A program made the position numbers and the translations under genes. Positions 26,937-36,568 of a stretch of 64,000 bases of DNA are shown one piece after another. This stretch comes from Bacteroidales bacterium. Its GTDB lineage: Bacteria; Bacteroidota; Bacteroidia; Bacteroidales; VadinHA17. The notes under the pieces were generated by a model that saw only the letters and a program-made list of their open reading frames with translations, did not search any database and was not told where the DNA came from. The stretch is taken from NCBI GenBank assembly GCA_035299385.1, contig DATGWQ010000268.1:3279-67278 (forward strand), written 5' to 3'. How positions within the stretch are numbered: the first letter of the stretch is position 1; every line of letters starts with the position of its first letter.

Positions 26937-27919
26937 TGAATTCATTCGGGACTGTTTTCAGGGTATCTGTATTCGGTGAGTCTCACGGCCCATCAATCGG
27001 TGTTACAGTTGATGGTATCCCGGCTGGAATTCCTGTTTTAGCAGAAGACTTCGTGCCGGACCTTAAGAGAAGGCAAAGCGGAAGCAGGGGTACTACCCCG
27101 AGGGTTGAAGCCGACCTTCCGGAAATACTAAGTGGTGTCTTCAACGGATACAGCACAGGTGCTCCTCTCACTCTTATGACACGCAACAGCAATAAGATCT
27201 CATCTGATTACGAACAGTTCAGGAATGTCCCTCGTCCGGGTCATGCTGACTTTGTAGCCGGTATGAAATACAAGGGTTTTGCTGACATGAGAGGCAGCGG
27301 CCATTTTTCGGGAAGGGTGACCTGGGGAGTTGTATCTGCAGGAGTGATTGCAAAAAAGATACTTGCTGGTTCCGGGTTCAGTGCAAGGCTCATCGAGGCC
27401 GGAGGATCACCGGATATTGAGAAGGCTGTTGAAAAAGCTATTCAATCCAATGACAGCATTGGCGGAATCATTGAATGCACCGTTAAAAATCCTCCCGCCG
27501 GATCAGGTGAACCTTTCTTTTATTCTGTTGAATCCGTAATATCCCATATCGTCTTCTCAATCCCTGCGATAAAGGGAATCGAATTCGGATCAGGTTTTGC
27601 TGCAGCATCGATGACCGGCTCGCGGCATAACGACGCATTCACAGGACCGGACGGCAAAACAGCTACCAACAATGCAGGCGGAATAAATGGCGGCATTGCC
27701 AACGGAAACGAGATTGTGTTCAGGGTTGCGGTAAAGCCTACCTCCTCCACCGGCACCGAGCAGGAGACATTCGATTTCTCGAAAGGCACTATGACAAAGC
27801 TTGTTGTGAAGGGAAGGCACGATGCCTGCATCGCCCTCAGAATGCCTGTAATTATTGAAGCTGCTGCAGCCATTGCGCTTGCAGATCTGTTTCTCATTAA
27901 TAGGGGAATAAATAACTAA
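26936..27919 (+). CDS. aroC: chorismate synthase
   Basis: 327 aa with FRVSVFGESHGPSIGVTVDG, RPGHADF and GRHDACI motifs. Confidence 0.92.
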   Translation: MNSFGTVFRVSVFGESHGPSIGVTVDGIPAGIPVLAEDFVPDLKRRQSGSRGTTPRVEADLPEILSGVFNGYSTGAPLTLMTRNSNKISSDYEQFRNVPRPGHADFVAGMKYKGFADMRGSGHFSGRVTWGVVSAGVIAKKILAGSGFSARLIEAGGSPDIEKAVEKAIQSNDSIGGIIECTVKNPPAGSGEPFFYSVESVISHIVFSIPAIKGIEFGSGFAAASMTGSRHNDAFTGPDGKTATNNAGGINGGIANGNEIVFRVAVKPTSSTGTEQETFDFSKGTMTKLVVKGRHDACIALRMPVIIEAAAAIALADLFLINRGINN

Positions 27920-27928
27920 GCCAGTTGT

Positions 27929-27946
27929 CGTTGGCTTAAGCCAACG
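27929..27946. terminator. 18-nt perfect palindrome CGTTGGCTTAAGCCAACG between convergent aroC and tilS
   Basis: 7-bp stem with a TTAA loop, in the 38-nt gap between two stop codons. There is no clear U-tract. Confidence 0.45.
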
Positions 27947-27957
27947 GCAATAGTGAT

Positions 27958-29274
27958 TCAGCTTTTCAGGATCAGAATTCTCTTTGTTTCATCTGTCACC
28001 TTAAACCTGTCATCTATCCTGTCTCCCACAATCCACATGATCCTGCCGTCTGATTCAAGCACTAGCATTTTTTCCTTTTCCGGAAGAGAGTACTTTTTAT
28101 CAGTGAAGTAATCGCTCAGCTTTTTTCTCCCCTTCATGCCGAAAGGGTGGAAGTAATCGCCTTCCTTCCATTTCCTTAAGATCACAGGGTAAATTATTTT
28201 ATCGGCATCGAGGCATGCAATTGATCGTTCCCGGCGGATTTCTTCGATCCCGGATCTATCCGACAATTCCACAGAAGCGAAGTTATTCTGAAAACCGGTG
28301 ATCCCATCGATAACAACTTCACTGTAAGATTCAGATCCTGAGGCTCTTGTAATGATGAGGCTCTCCCTGTCCTTTATCACCCTGTGTGTCTCGGAGAACA
28401 ACTGTCCTCCTGTTTGTCCTGAAATCACGTTAAGGACATCGTTCATCACCTTATTTGTGAATCCGTATGGCCTGAACAGCTCAAACATGATCGTTTTATT
28501 GCCGGTAAATTCCTGTAACGCATTGATATTGACAACAGTTGTTTCATCCATGGTCGTTAAAACCTTAGTCCTGACCTCGTCCATTAACTGCCCGACGATA
28601 CCGTTCAGACCGGAAAACCTTTCAGCCGTTTCAGCCAATGTGTGTTCAATTGAAGGATTTATGTCCTTCAACACAGGTATTACGAGGTGACGTATTTTGT
28701 TCCTCGAATATTTTGTGTCAGAATTTGACCTGTCTTCCCTGAAAGTAACCGAATGCAGCTTTTGATACTCGACGATTTTTTCGCGGGTGGCGAAAAGGAG
28801 CGGGCGTATGATCATTCCCGAGACCGGCTTCATGCCTGAAAGTCCTGCGAGACCTGTTCCCCTGGTGAGGTTGAGCAACAGTGTTTCGATATTATCGTTC
28901 AGGTTATGTGCAACGGCAATGTGATCATAATTATTCCGGGACCTGATTTCCTCAAACCAGTTGTACCTCAGGTCGCGCGCAGCCATCTGTATGGAAATTC
29001 CTTTGCTTTGTGCGTAGGATTGCGTGTCGAACCTGACTGAATATAAAGGAATATCATGATCCGTGCAGAAACCTCTTACAAGTTCCTCATCTCCGTCAGA
29101 CTCTTCACCCCTGAGTGAGAAATTGCAGTGAGCTATTCCTGAACGGTAAGGTAAATGAAGAAAAAGGTGTGACATCACCATCGAGTCTATGCCACCGCTC
29201 ACGGCGAGCAGTACCTGCCCGCCGGTGGTGATCATATGGTTTTCCTCAATAAACCTGTAAATGCCTGCCAGCAT
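27958..29274 (-). CDS. tilS: tRNA(Ile)-lysidine synthase
   Basis: 438 aa with PP-loop LLAVSGGIDSMV and AHNLNDNIETLLLNL, plus a C-terminal TilS substrate-binding-type domain. Confidence 0.9.
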   Translation of the reverse strand: MLAGIYRFIEENHMITTGGQVLLAVSGGIDSMVMSHLFLHLPYRSGIAHCNFSLRGEESDGDEELVRGFCTDHDIPLYSVRFDTQSYAQSKGISIQMAARDLRYNWFEEIRSRNNYDHIAVAHNLNDNIETLLLNLTRGTGLAGLSGMKPVSGMIIRPLLFATREKIVEYQKLHSVTFREDRSNSDTKYSRNKIRHLVIPVLKDINPSIEHTLAETAERFSGLNGIVGQLMDEVRTKVLTTMDETTVVNINALQEFTGNKTIMFELFRPYGFTNKVMNDVLNVISGQTGGQLFSETHRVIKDRESLIITRASGSESYSEVVIDGITGFQNNFASVELSDRSGIEEIRRERSIACLDADKIIYPVILRKWKEGDYFHPFGMKGRKKLSDYFTDKKYSLPEKEKMLVLESDGRIMWIVGDRIDDRFKVTDETKRILILKS

Positions 29275-29310
29275 ATCGATATAATGATATGCAAAAATAT
29301 GAAAATGAAA

Positions 29311-29868
29311 TTACCTTTTACCTTTCTGCCTTTCCTTCTTCCTTTTCCTTCCTGCCGAAGTTACCATCCAGGCAAAGACGAATGTGGTAACCAGGACTGT
29401 CACAGCTGTTTTTGCGAGGAATTGTTTCTTGTTGTACTTCAGCTCCGCTTTAAGTCCCCTCTCGCGGAATATGTTCGGGAATTTGAGTCTTTTGAAATCA
29501 TGGAGGAATCCTTCCCATATGTTGACCCTGTCCGCGAATATGAGAGGCAGCCAGTGTCCGAAGCTTGATTCGCTGTACCTGAAAGCGAGCCTCCTTATTA
29601 ATCCGCTCAACCCTGACGGAGGAGTGGATGTTCCAAAGACAGATGATACTGAAGGCCGTTCATTTGAATGCAGCACTTCAATATCCTCCGGCTGCTGTTT
29701 GGGCTTTTTGTAGTTTAGTCTCTTGTGATCATCACCTGTATAATCCTTTATGGGGTAAGTGGGCTCATTCTCCGGATCCGCATCAATTCCCCATCCCTTG
29801 ATATGACTGTACTTTTCTTGTTCTTCCGTTCTTTCTTCAGTCACTGTTTTCTTCGTCGTAGTTTCCAT
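29311..29868 (-). CDS. hypothetical tail-anchored membrane protein
   Basis: 185 aa. Charged N-terminal region, single C-terminal TM (AVTVLVTTFVFAWMV) and a polybasic tail. It starts 11 nt downstream of the dehydrogenase gene. Confidence 0.55.
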   Translation of the reverse strand: METTTKKTVTEERTEEQEKYSHIKGWGIDADPENEPTYPIKDYTGDDHKRLNYKKPKQQPEDIEVLHSNERPSVSSVFGTSTPPSGLSGLIRRLAFRYSESSFGHWLPLIFADRVNIWEGFLHDFKRLKFPNIFRERGLKAELKYNKKQFLAKTAVTVLVTTFVFAWMVTSAGRKRKKERQKGKR

Positions 29869-29879
29869 ATTGGCCTGTT

Positions 29880-31031
29880 TTAAAATGAAGTCTCGGGAAT
29901 AAGTACCGGCTTAATCATGTTGTCCAGCTTTCTTGAGAACATCCTGTAAGCCTCTGATATTTCTCTCAATGGTATTCTGTGTGTGATAAGCGCCTTCGGG
30001 TTCAGCACACCGTCCATTACATGCTGGATGAGCTTCGGAAGCATCTTTGCGACAGAAGCTTGTGCTGCCCTGATCGTAAGACCTTTGTTCACAATGTTGC
30101 CAAGAGGGACGAGATTAGCCGTAGGACCATAGACTCCGACAATGGAGACGATCCCTCCCTTTTTAACAGAATTGATTGCCCACTGAAGGGCAACTGATGA
30201 GCCTGCAAGCAGCTTCAGCTTCTTTCCCTGGAGAGTCTGCATTATGCTTCCGCTTGCGTCTCCTCCGACGGCATCTATTACAACATCGGCTCCGTACCAG
30301 TCTGTGGTTTTTTTCAGGAATAGGACCGGGTCGTCCATTTCCTTGAAGTTATAGGCCTCGCACTGTGCATAATTGCGTGCAAATTCGAGCCTGTAATTCA
30401 GATGATCTATTATAATTACACGTCCGGCGCCAAACAGCCAGGAGCATCTTGCAGCCATTATCCCTACGGGTCCTGCGCCGAAAACAACCACAGTATCGCC
30501 TTTCTTTATCCCGCCCATTTCAGCTGCCTGGTAACCAGTGGGAACCACATCAGTCAGGAGCACGGCATCGTCATAGTCCATTCCTTCGGGAATGATTACC
30601 GGGCCCACATCCGCAAAGGGGACCCTTACATATTCAGCCTGGCCGCCATCATAGCCCCCTGCCATATGTGAATACCCGAATGTTCCTCCCATTGCAGTGG
30701 ATTCCGGATTTGTTTCATGACAGGCGCTGAAGAGCCCCTGCTTGCAGAAAGAGCATTGACCGCATGCAATATTGAACGGAACAATAATCTTGTCACCCCG
30801 TTTCAGTTTCTGAACGGATTCGCCGATTTCTTCCACTACCCCGATGAACTCGTGTCCAAACGTCATACCCACATGTGTATCCGGAACCATTCCGTGATAA
30901 AGATGAAGGTCTGAACCGCAGATGCAGGAACGTATCACTCTTACTATTGCGTCATTCGGATGAAGTATTTCAGGATAAGGTTTCTCATCAATACGGACCC
31001 GGAACGGGCCACGATAATTCATAGCTAACAT
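29880..31031 (-). CDS. zinc-dependent alcohol/formaldehyde dehydrogenase family protein
   Basis: GHEFIGVVEEIG (catalytic Zn), structural-Zn cluster CGQCSFCKQGLFSAC and Rossmann GAGPVG. I prefer the ATG at 31031 (or 31022) over the track start at 31079. Confidence 0.85.
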   Translation of the reverse strand: MLAMNYRGPFRVRIDEKPYPEILHPNDAIVRVIRSCICGSDLHLYHGMVPDTHVGMTFGHEFIGVVEEIGESVQKLKRGDKIIVPFNIACGQCSFCKQGLFSACHETNPESTAMGGTFGYSHMAGGYDGGQAEYVRVPFADVGPVIIPEGMDYDDAVLLTDVVPTGYQAAEMGGIKKGDTVVVFGAGPVGIMAARCSWLFGAGRVIIIDHLNYRLEFARNYAQCEAYNFKEMDDPVLFLKKTTDWYGADVVIDAVGGDASGSIMQTLQGKKLKLLAGSSVALQWAINSVKKGGIVSIVGVYGPTANLVPLGNIVNKGLTIRAAQASVAKMLPKLIQHVMDGVLNPKALITHRIPLREISEAYRMFSRKLDNMIKPVLIPETSF

Positions 31032-31110
31032 AGTTTTTAGATTTTTAGATTTAAGACTAAACCCTAAGACAACCACCAAATGAATCTGATTAGCAGAATC
31101 TTATATAATG

Positions 31111-31132
31111 ACAAAACCAGAAATGGTTTTGT
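31111..31132 (-). terminator. hairpin ACAAAACCA-GAAA-TGGTTTTGT downstream of the Omp85-like gene
   Basis: 9-bp perfect stem 4 nt after the stop at 31136. The downstream sequence on the minus strand is A/T-rich but not a clean U-run. Confidence 0.4.
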
Positions 31133-31135
31133 TCA

Positions 31136-33028
31136 TCACCTGTAAGGGATTAAGGAAGGCGGTCCTGACTCGAAGTTGTCAAATCTCGTGGGCTGCTGAC
31201 CCGTAACAGTCAGGTAATTTATACGTGAATATAATGGCGGGTCAGGAAAGAATCCCAGCCTGAGCTGAAATGTGTTGAAAACAAGATTGTTGTTGCGCAC
31301 TCTTATGCCGACACCTATCCCTGAAAGGTAATTTCCATGTGATAATACCTGGTTAGTTCCTGCTATGTATGAAAAGTCTGCAAAGCCGAAAAAGGCAAAC
31401 CTGAAACCGTAAATGTTCAGCGGACTGAATACCACCGTCTCAAGATTTAATGTTAGACGCTGTGTCCCCTTTATGGAGTCGTTTCTGAATCCGGAAAAGC
31501 CGTTATCCTCGATGTAGGTCAGTTTCTCGTCAGCATTCCTGTCAAAGCCCCTCGTATAATCCAAGTTTACAAAGTTCCTTATCATGCTGCCCGCAACAGG
31601 AATGAGATTCGTAAAATACTTAAACCTTGTATAAATAATACCCTGTTCCGTTCCGGGGCTCAGATATGATCCGAGGCCCGCTGCTGAATATAAGTAACCG
31701 GCCCGCGGGAACATTCCTGAAACCGAGAGTTCCGAGCCTGCATAATTCCTTGTTTTGAATTCATTCAGTTCCCTTCCCATGGTAACTTTTGCAACACCTC
31801 CGTATGGTATATCCTCTGTTCTCCCGTACTCATAAATGAGATTTGCCCTGTAGTAACGTTGTCTTGAAAGCGCCACTGATCCAAGGAAAAGCCTGTATTT
31901 CTGAAGCGAATGATAGGAATCCGGAGTTATCGACGGCCTCTGAAGTACATTGTTGTTTGTATATCTTGCACTCAGAACCAGTCGTGTAACATTCTCCCTG
32001 TCCAGGAGAAAAGATCTTCCTATCCAGTAGTCCTGGAGATTATACCGGAGTGGTTCGGGCACTTTAAGTGTATCGAGTGCATTAAATTTGTAAACATGCT
32101 CCACTGAGACACCTCCTGCATATTTCGTCTCGGAGCTTACGAATTTCCTGCTGAGGCGGATTCCGTATGAATCTTCCTCAAGATCATCATTATAAAACAT
32201 GTTCAGGTTCACAAATGAGCTTCCGAGATTGTCGATCAGGTAATGGATCCCGAAACCGGGAGAATTGGGTTTCTCACTGTCAAAAGGAACATTGATCCCA
32301 AGGTCATGTCCGAGGCCGAAAATATTATTGTCAAAGGCTGAGATTCTGCCGCTTTTCAGTCCTGAAGGCTCAAGATCACCGCCGAGTGAATAAACATCCT
32401 TCGTGATCACAATAACATCAACTTCGTTATTGCCAAGAGGAATTATTTTAATCCTGGCATCCTCGATATAAGGAAGGTCGCGGAGAAGCTTTTCATTTTC
32501 GCTGAGGAGAATGGGGGAAAGGGTGTCACCTGTCGAAAACAGAAGGTTTTTCCTGATGATGGATTCACTTGTGTTTATATGGGTCCTGTTAAGAAATTTC
32601 TGGCTCCTGTATGGTTCGTAATAATCCGGATTATTTATGTTCGATCCGAAAACAGGCAACCTGTTTACCCCGATATTCCTTATTTTCCTTCCTGAGAACT
32701 CGTCATATACAGCTTCACTTCTGGTATCTGTAACGGAATTGCTGCCTTTCCCGGGAGAAATTACAATAATTTCGTACAGCTTCCTTGTTATACTTCTTCT
32801 TAAAGCTTTTTCCTTGAGAGAATCGAGCAGTATCTCATGTTTTGTCCGGATCAGGTCACCTGAGGATATCAGGAGCATTCCCTGGATATAATGTCCGACA
32901 AGCGAAAAATTTTTCAAATCAGGATTCCTGACCGGCATTGGAGGTTTATCCTGGGGATATGCAGCAGAGCAAATCACCAGGCACATCAACAGAAAATATT
33001 TATATCTTCTGTATTCCGGCCGGTCCAT
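31136..33028 (-). CDS. Omp85/BamA-family outer-membrane protein (POTRA + beta-barrel)
   Basis: 630 aa with a signal peptide. POTRA-like segment IRNIGVNRL...IIRKNLLFSTGDTL...DVIVITKDV, then a long alternating-hydrophobic barrel region. Confidence 0.6.
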   Translation of the reverse strand: MDRPEYRRYKYFLLMCLVICSAAYPQDKPPMPVRNPDLKNFSLVGHYIQGMLLISSGDLIRTKHEILLDSLKEKALRRSITRKLYEIIVISPGKGSNSVTDTRSEAVYDEFSGRKIRNIGVNRLPVFGSNINNPDYYEPYRSQKFLNRTHINTSESIIRKNLLFSTGDTLSPILLSENEKLLRDLPYIEDARIKIIPLGNNEVDVIVITKDVYSLGGDLEPSGLKSGRISAFDNNIFGLGHDLGINVPFDSEKPNSPGFGIHYLIDNLGSSFVNLNMFYNDDLEEDSYGIRLSRKFVSSETKYAGGVSVEHVYKFNALDTLKVPEPLRYNLQDYWIGRSFLLDRENVTRLVLSARYTNNNVLQRPSITPDSYHSLQKYRLFLGSVALSRQRYYRANLIYEYGRTEDIPYGGVAKVTMGRELNEFKTRNYAGSELSVSGMFPRAGYLYSAAGLGSYLSPGTEQGIIYTRFKYFTNLIPVAGSMIRNFVNLDYTRGFDRNADEKLTYIEDNGFSGFRNDSIKGTQRLTLNLETVVFSPLNIYGFRFAFFGFADFSYIAGTNQVLSHGNYLSGIGVGIRVRNNNLVFNTFQLRLGFFPDPPLYSRINYLTVTGQQPTRFDNFESGPPSLIPYR

Positions 33029-33043
33029 CAGGTCCGTGTTTGG

Positions 33044-33739
33044 TTATCTGCCATTCAGGACGTCATCAGAATTAAACTGGAATCCGAGCCTTTTTCCGGT
33101 AACTACTTTTGAATGCTGGATTTTGGCTTCAGCCTGTCCGACAGAAGCAATCTTCACTGTGTCGTAAGGAGGAACCAGGAGATCAAACTCCATTGCATAC
33201 TGGATTGCAGTGGAAATTATTGTCTGCAGTGACTGTTTTGAGATCTCTTCACTTCCGTAATTTGTGAACAGCATACCCATTTGCCTTTTGCCTTCAACGA
33301 AGTATTGTTTCTCATGATTGATGAAAATCCTGGCTATAAGATACCCAAGGTCATCCACACGCGAATATCTGAATGAATCAGCAAGAAAGTTGTAAATGTT
33401 GATTATCCCCGAATAGGCATTAAATTTATTTTTCTGGATATAAGCCGTTTTCCATGCGGGATGTTCCCTGTCGAACTGGAATATATTCGAATGCATGCTG
33501 AACAGGAGAATGTCACCTGCCACTTTAATCTGGGCATCGAAATTGCTTCTGTCGGTATACTCAAGCTTTATCCTTGAATCGGTACCCTCAAGACTCGAGT
33601 TCACATCCTTTGCCATCGACTTCAGAACATCCTTGATGATCACGAATGAATCAAGGGTGTTGTCATAGACTTTTTGCTTGAGCAGGGATTTCTCTTTCAA
33701 CGTGGCAATGATTGCCATTTTTTTGTCGTCAAGCTGCAT
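33044..33739 (-). CDS. hypothetical cytoplasmic protein
   Basis: 231 aa with no signal peptide and no recognised motif. It lies between proS and the Omp85-like gene on the same strand. Confidence 0.55.
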   Translation of the reverse strand: MQLDDKKMAIIATLKEKSLLKQKVYDNTLDSFVIIKDVLKSMAKDVNSSLEGTDSRIKLEYTDRSNFDAQIKVAGDILLFSMHSNIFQFDREHPAWKTAYIQKNKFNAYSGIINIYNFLADSFRYSRVDDLGYLIARIFINHEKQYFVEGKRQMGMLFTNYGSEEISKQSLQTIISTAIQYAMEFDLLVPPYDTVKIASVGQAEAKIQHSKVVTGKRLGFQFNSDDVLNGR

Positions 33740-33796
33740 GGAGATCAGTTTTAGGTAATAAAGCTGTAAATATCTGAAAAAAAGAAACCGGATGTA

Positions 33797-35269
33797 CTAA
33801 TATGACCTCGCAAAAAGAACCCTTTTGCGTGATGGCTTTCCTGAATAGATGCATTTCCCTTCCTCCTCCGGACTGTCAAAAGGTATGCACCTGATGGTTG
33901 CTTTGGTCTCCTCCTTTATCTTTTCCTCGGTTTCGGCTGTACCATCCCAATGGGCCATAATGAAGCCTCCGGGCTGGTCAAGCACTTTCACAAAATCATC
34001 CCAGGTATCAACATAAAAGGTGTTTTCCTGCCTGAATTTCAAAGCTTTGTTATAGATCTCCTTCTGAATGTCCTCGAGCAGGTCTTTTACAATAAGAGCG
34101 ACTTTTTCAAGCGGGTAAATTTCTTTCTTAAGAGTATCGCGCCTGGCAATTTCAACTGTTTTGTTCTCAATATCACGCGGTCCTATTGCGATCCTTACAG
34201 GGACACCCTTAAGTTCGTAATCCGCAAATTTCCAGCCGGGGGTATTGGTGTCGCGATCGTCGTATTTTACTGATATGCCAATAGACTCAAGATCTTTCTT
34301 TATTCCTGCAGCGACCTCTGAAATCACAGACAGCTGCTCGATTTTCCTGAATATCGGAATTATGACTACCTGGATCGGTGCAAGCTTAGGAGGAAGTACC
34401 AGGCCATTATTATCCGAATGTGCCATTATAAGAGCTCCTATCAATCTTGTTGAAACACCCCATGATGTTGCCCATACGTATTCAAGTTTTCCGGTCTTAT
34501 CAGTAAACTGAACATCGAAAGCCTTTGCAAAATTTTGCCCCAGGAAATGGCTCGTTCCTGCCTGTAATGCTTTCCCGTCCTGCATCAGGGCCTCAATTGC
34601 ATAGGTGTCAAGCGCTCCCGCAAATCTTTCGTTTTCAGACTTGAAGCCTTTGATGACAGGAAGTGCCATTGAGTTCTCAGCAAAATCTGCATAAACATTT
34701 ATCATCTTCTGAGTTTCCTCCTGGGCCTCCTCTTTAGTGGCATGAGCGGTATGACCTTCCTGCCAGAGAAATTCGGCAGTTCGCAAAAAGAGCCTTGTCC
34801 TCATTTCCCATCTGACCACATTTGCCCATTGATTGATGAGTATTGGAAGATCCCTGTATGAATGTATCCAGCTCTTGTACGAATTCCAGATTATTGTCTC
34901 GGATGTCGGACGTATTATTAATTCCTCCTCCAGCTTTGACTCGGGGTCCACCATCACACCACCCTTCCCGTCATTTTTCAGCCTGTAGTGAGTTACAACG
35001 GCACATTCCTTGGCAAAACCCTCTACGTGAGCTGCTTCCTTGCTGAAAAAGGATTTCGGGATGAACAGGGGAAAATATGCATTCACATGGCCAGTTTCCT
35101 TGAATAACTTGTCTAGTCCGGCCTGGATCTTTTCCCATATGGCATAACCATAGGGTTTTATGACCATGCAACCCCTCACAGCAGAATTCTCTGCCAGGTC
35201 GGCCTTTATTACGAGATCGTTATACCATTGTGAATAATTTTCCTCCCTGTTTGTTAAAAACTTAGCCAT
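33797..35269 (-). CDS. proS: proline--tRNA ligase (archaeal/eukaryote-like type)
   Basis: 490 aa. The N-terminus [36 protein letters not shown], class-II aaRS motifs and a C-terminal Zn-like domain are typical of Bacteroidota ProRS. Confidence 0.95.
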   Translation of the reverse strand: MAKFLTNREENYSQWYNDLVIKADLAENSAVRGCMVIKPYGYAIWEKIQAGLDKLFKETGHVNAYFPLFIPKSFFSKEAAHVEGFAKECAVVTHYRLKNDGKGGVMVDPESKLEEELIIRPTSETIIWNSYKSWIHSYRDLPILINQWANVVRWEMRTRLFLRTAEFLWQEGHTAHATKEEAQEETQKMINVYADFAENSMALPVIKGFKSENERFAGALDTYAIEALMQDGKALQAGTSHFLGQNFAKAFDVQFTDKTGKLEYVWATSWGVSTRLIGALIMAHSDNNGLVLPPKLAPIQVVIIPIFRKIEQLSVISEVAAGIKKDLESIGISVKYDDRDTNTPGWKFADYELKGVPVRIAIGPRDIENKTVEIARRDTLKKEIYPLEKVALIVKDLLEDIQKEIYNKALKFRQENTFYVDTWDDFVKVLDQPGGFIMAHWDGTAETEEKIKEETKATIRCIPFDSPEEEGKCIYSGKPSRKRVLFARSY

Positions 35270-35394
35270 TTTTCTGGTACGGTATTTGTTTATTTTGTAT
35301 TAAAAAATATAGATTGCAAAAAAAAAGGTATCCAAATAAGACCGTAAAAATAAAAAAAGTTCTGTATTTTGTTAAAAAGAAAGGTAGGTTCACC

Positions 35395-36489
35395 ATGAAA
35401 GCCAGATTGTACTCAGTCATTTTGTTTTTCTTAATGATTGCCGGATCTCCGGCCGTCTCGCAGCCTGCCGGTATAGTGGTTAACAATTATTACAGCGTAA
35501 ATGATTACCACTTTGCATCCAGGATCAACAGGTTCCACCGATCCTACTCTGAATTCAGCTATTATTCTCCTGTCTTCACTGACGAGTACTGGTACAGCTA
35601 CAGGCCGTACAGCTGGGGTGTCAGCATCTACGGAGGAGGTGGATTCGGATACGGATTTTCTTACGGCTACCCGGTTAATTATGGCTACGCCGGCGGTTAC
35701 TATGATCCATACTTTGGATATTCCTACTACTGGGGTTATCAGCCTGTTTATTACAGCTGGATAACTCCGATTGTCAATTACGGAAGCTGGAACAATCATG
35801 GTTACCGGTACGGTGACAGAGGGTATTACAGCAACAGGAATGTATATAATGTCACAAACAATTATTACAATTCATCTCCTTCATATTCACGAAGGTATGT
35901 CGAATCAGGGACCAGCAGTGCTTCAAGAAGGGAATCTTCAGCTGCAGGCAGTAACAACAGCAGAATAAACATCAACAACGACGGGGGGAGAAATGCTGCA
36001 AACGGGAACGGGCGCTATACAGGCAGTCGCACCAATATAAGCCGCAGAAATGGGGGGAATAACGGGAATAACAGGAATAGTGCAAACACAGGAAATAGCA
36101 ACAACAGGAATAACGCAAACCATTATGGAAATGTTAACAATGATGGAAATACGCCTGCTGTGAATAATCCTGATAATAACCGTAACAACAATAACAGGAA
36201 TAACAATTATGATCCGGGAAAAAACAATAACCGCGGAAATAACAGTAGCAACCAGGGGAGCACACGGTCCGACAGAGCAGTAAGAAGCAATTCGACTGGG
36301 AGCAGTCCGGCCATCCAGTCAAAACCAGCCCCATCATCAGTTTCGAGGTCATCTTCTTCCCGGTCTTCAGCTTCATCTTCACCAGCAAAATCATCAACAA
36401 CATCAACAAAATCATCTTCAACATCAACAAAATCATCGTCAACGTCGCGGACAACTTCATCATCAGCCGGAACATCACGAAGAAAATAA
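35395..36489 (+). CDS. secreted low-complexity protein (Tyr/Gly-rich core, Asn-rich tract, Ser/Thr tail)
   Basis: ATG at 35395 gives the signal peptide MKARLYSVILFFLMIAGSPAVSQ. Tyr accounts for 14 of 38 residues in GYGFSYGYPVNYGYAGGYYDPYFGYSYYWGYQPVYYSW. An NNRNNNNRNNN tract follows, then STKSSSTSTKSSS repeats. Confidence 0.65.
   Translation: MKARLYSVILFFLMIAGSPAVSQPAGIVVNNYYSVNDYHFASRINRFHRSYSEFSYYSPVFTDEYWYSYRPYSWGVSIYGGGGFGYGFSYGYPVNYGYAGGYYDPYFGYSYYWGYQPVYYSWITPIVNYGSWNNHGYRYGDRGYYSNRNVYNVTNNYYNSSPSYSRRYVESGTSSASRRESSAAGSNNSRININNDGGRNAANGNGRYTGSRTNISRRNGGNNGNNRNSANTGNSNNRNNANHYGNVNNDGNTPAVNNPDNNRNNNNRNNNYDPGKNNNRGNNSSNQGSTRSDRAVRSNSTGSSPAIQSKPAPSSVSRSSSSRSSASSSPAKSSTTSTKSSSTSTKSSSTSRTTSSSAGTSRRK
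36388..36450 (+). repeat. three in-frame 21-nt tandem repeats inside the first low-complexity gene
   Basis: The units are AAATCATCAACAACATCAACA, AAATCATCTTCAACATCAACA and AAATCATCGTCAACGTCGCGG. They encode K-S-S-x-T-S-T units. Confidence 0.9.
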
Positions 36490-36568
36490 AATCAGTTGAT
36501 TCTTAAAAGAAAGTTAAAATTCTCATCCATTTGGTATAGTATTTGATGAAAAATAAAAAACGAGGGGA

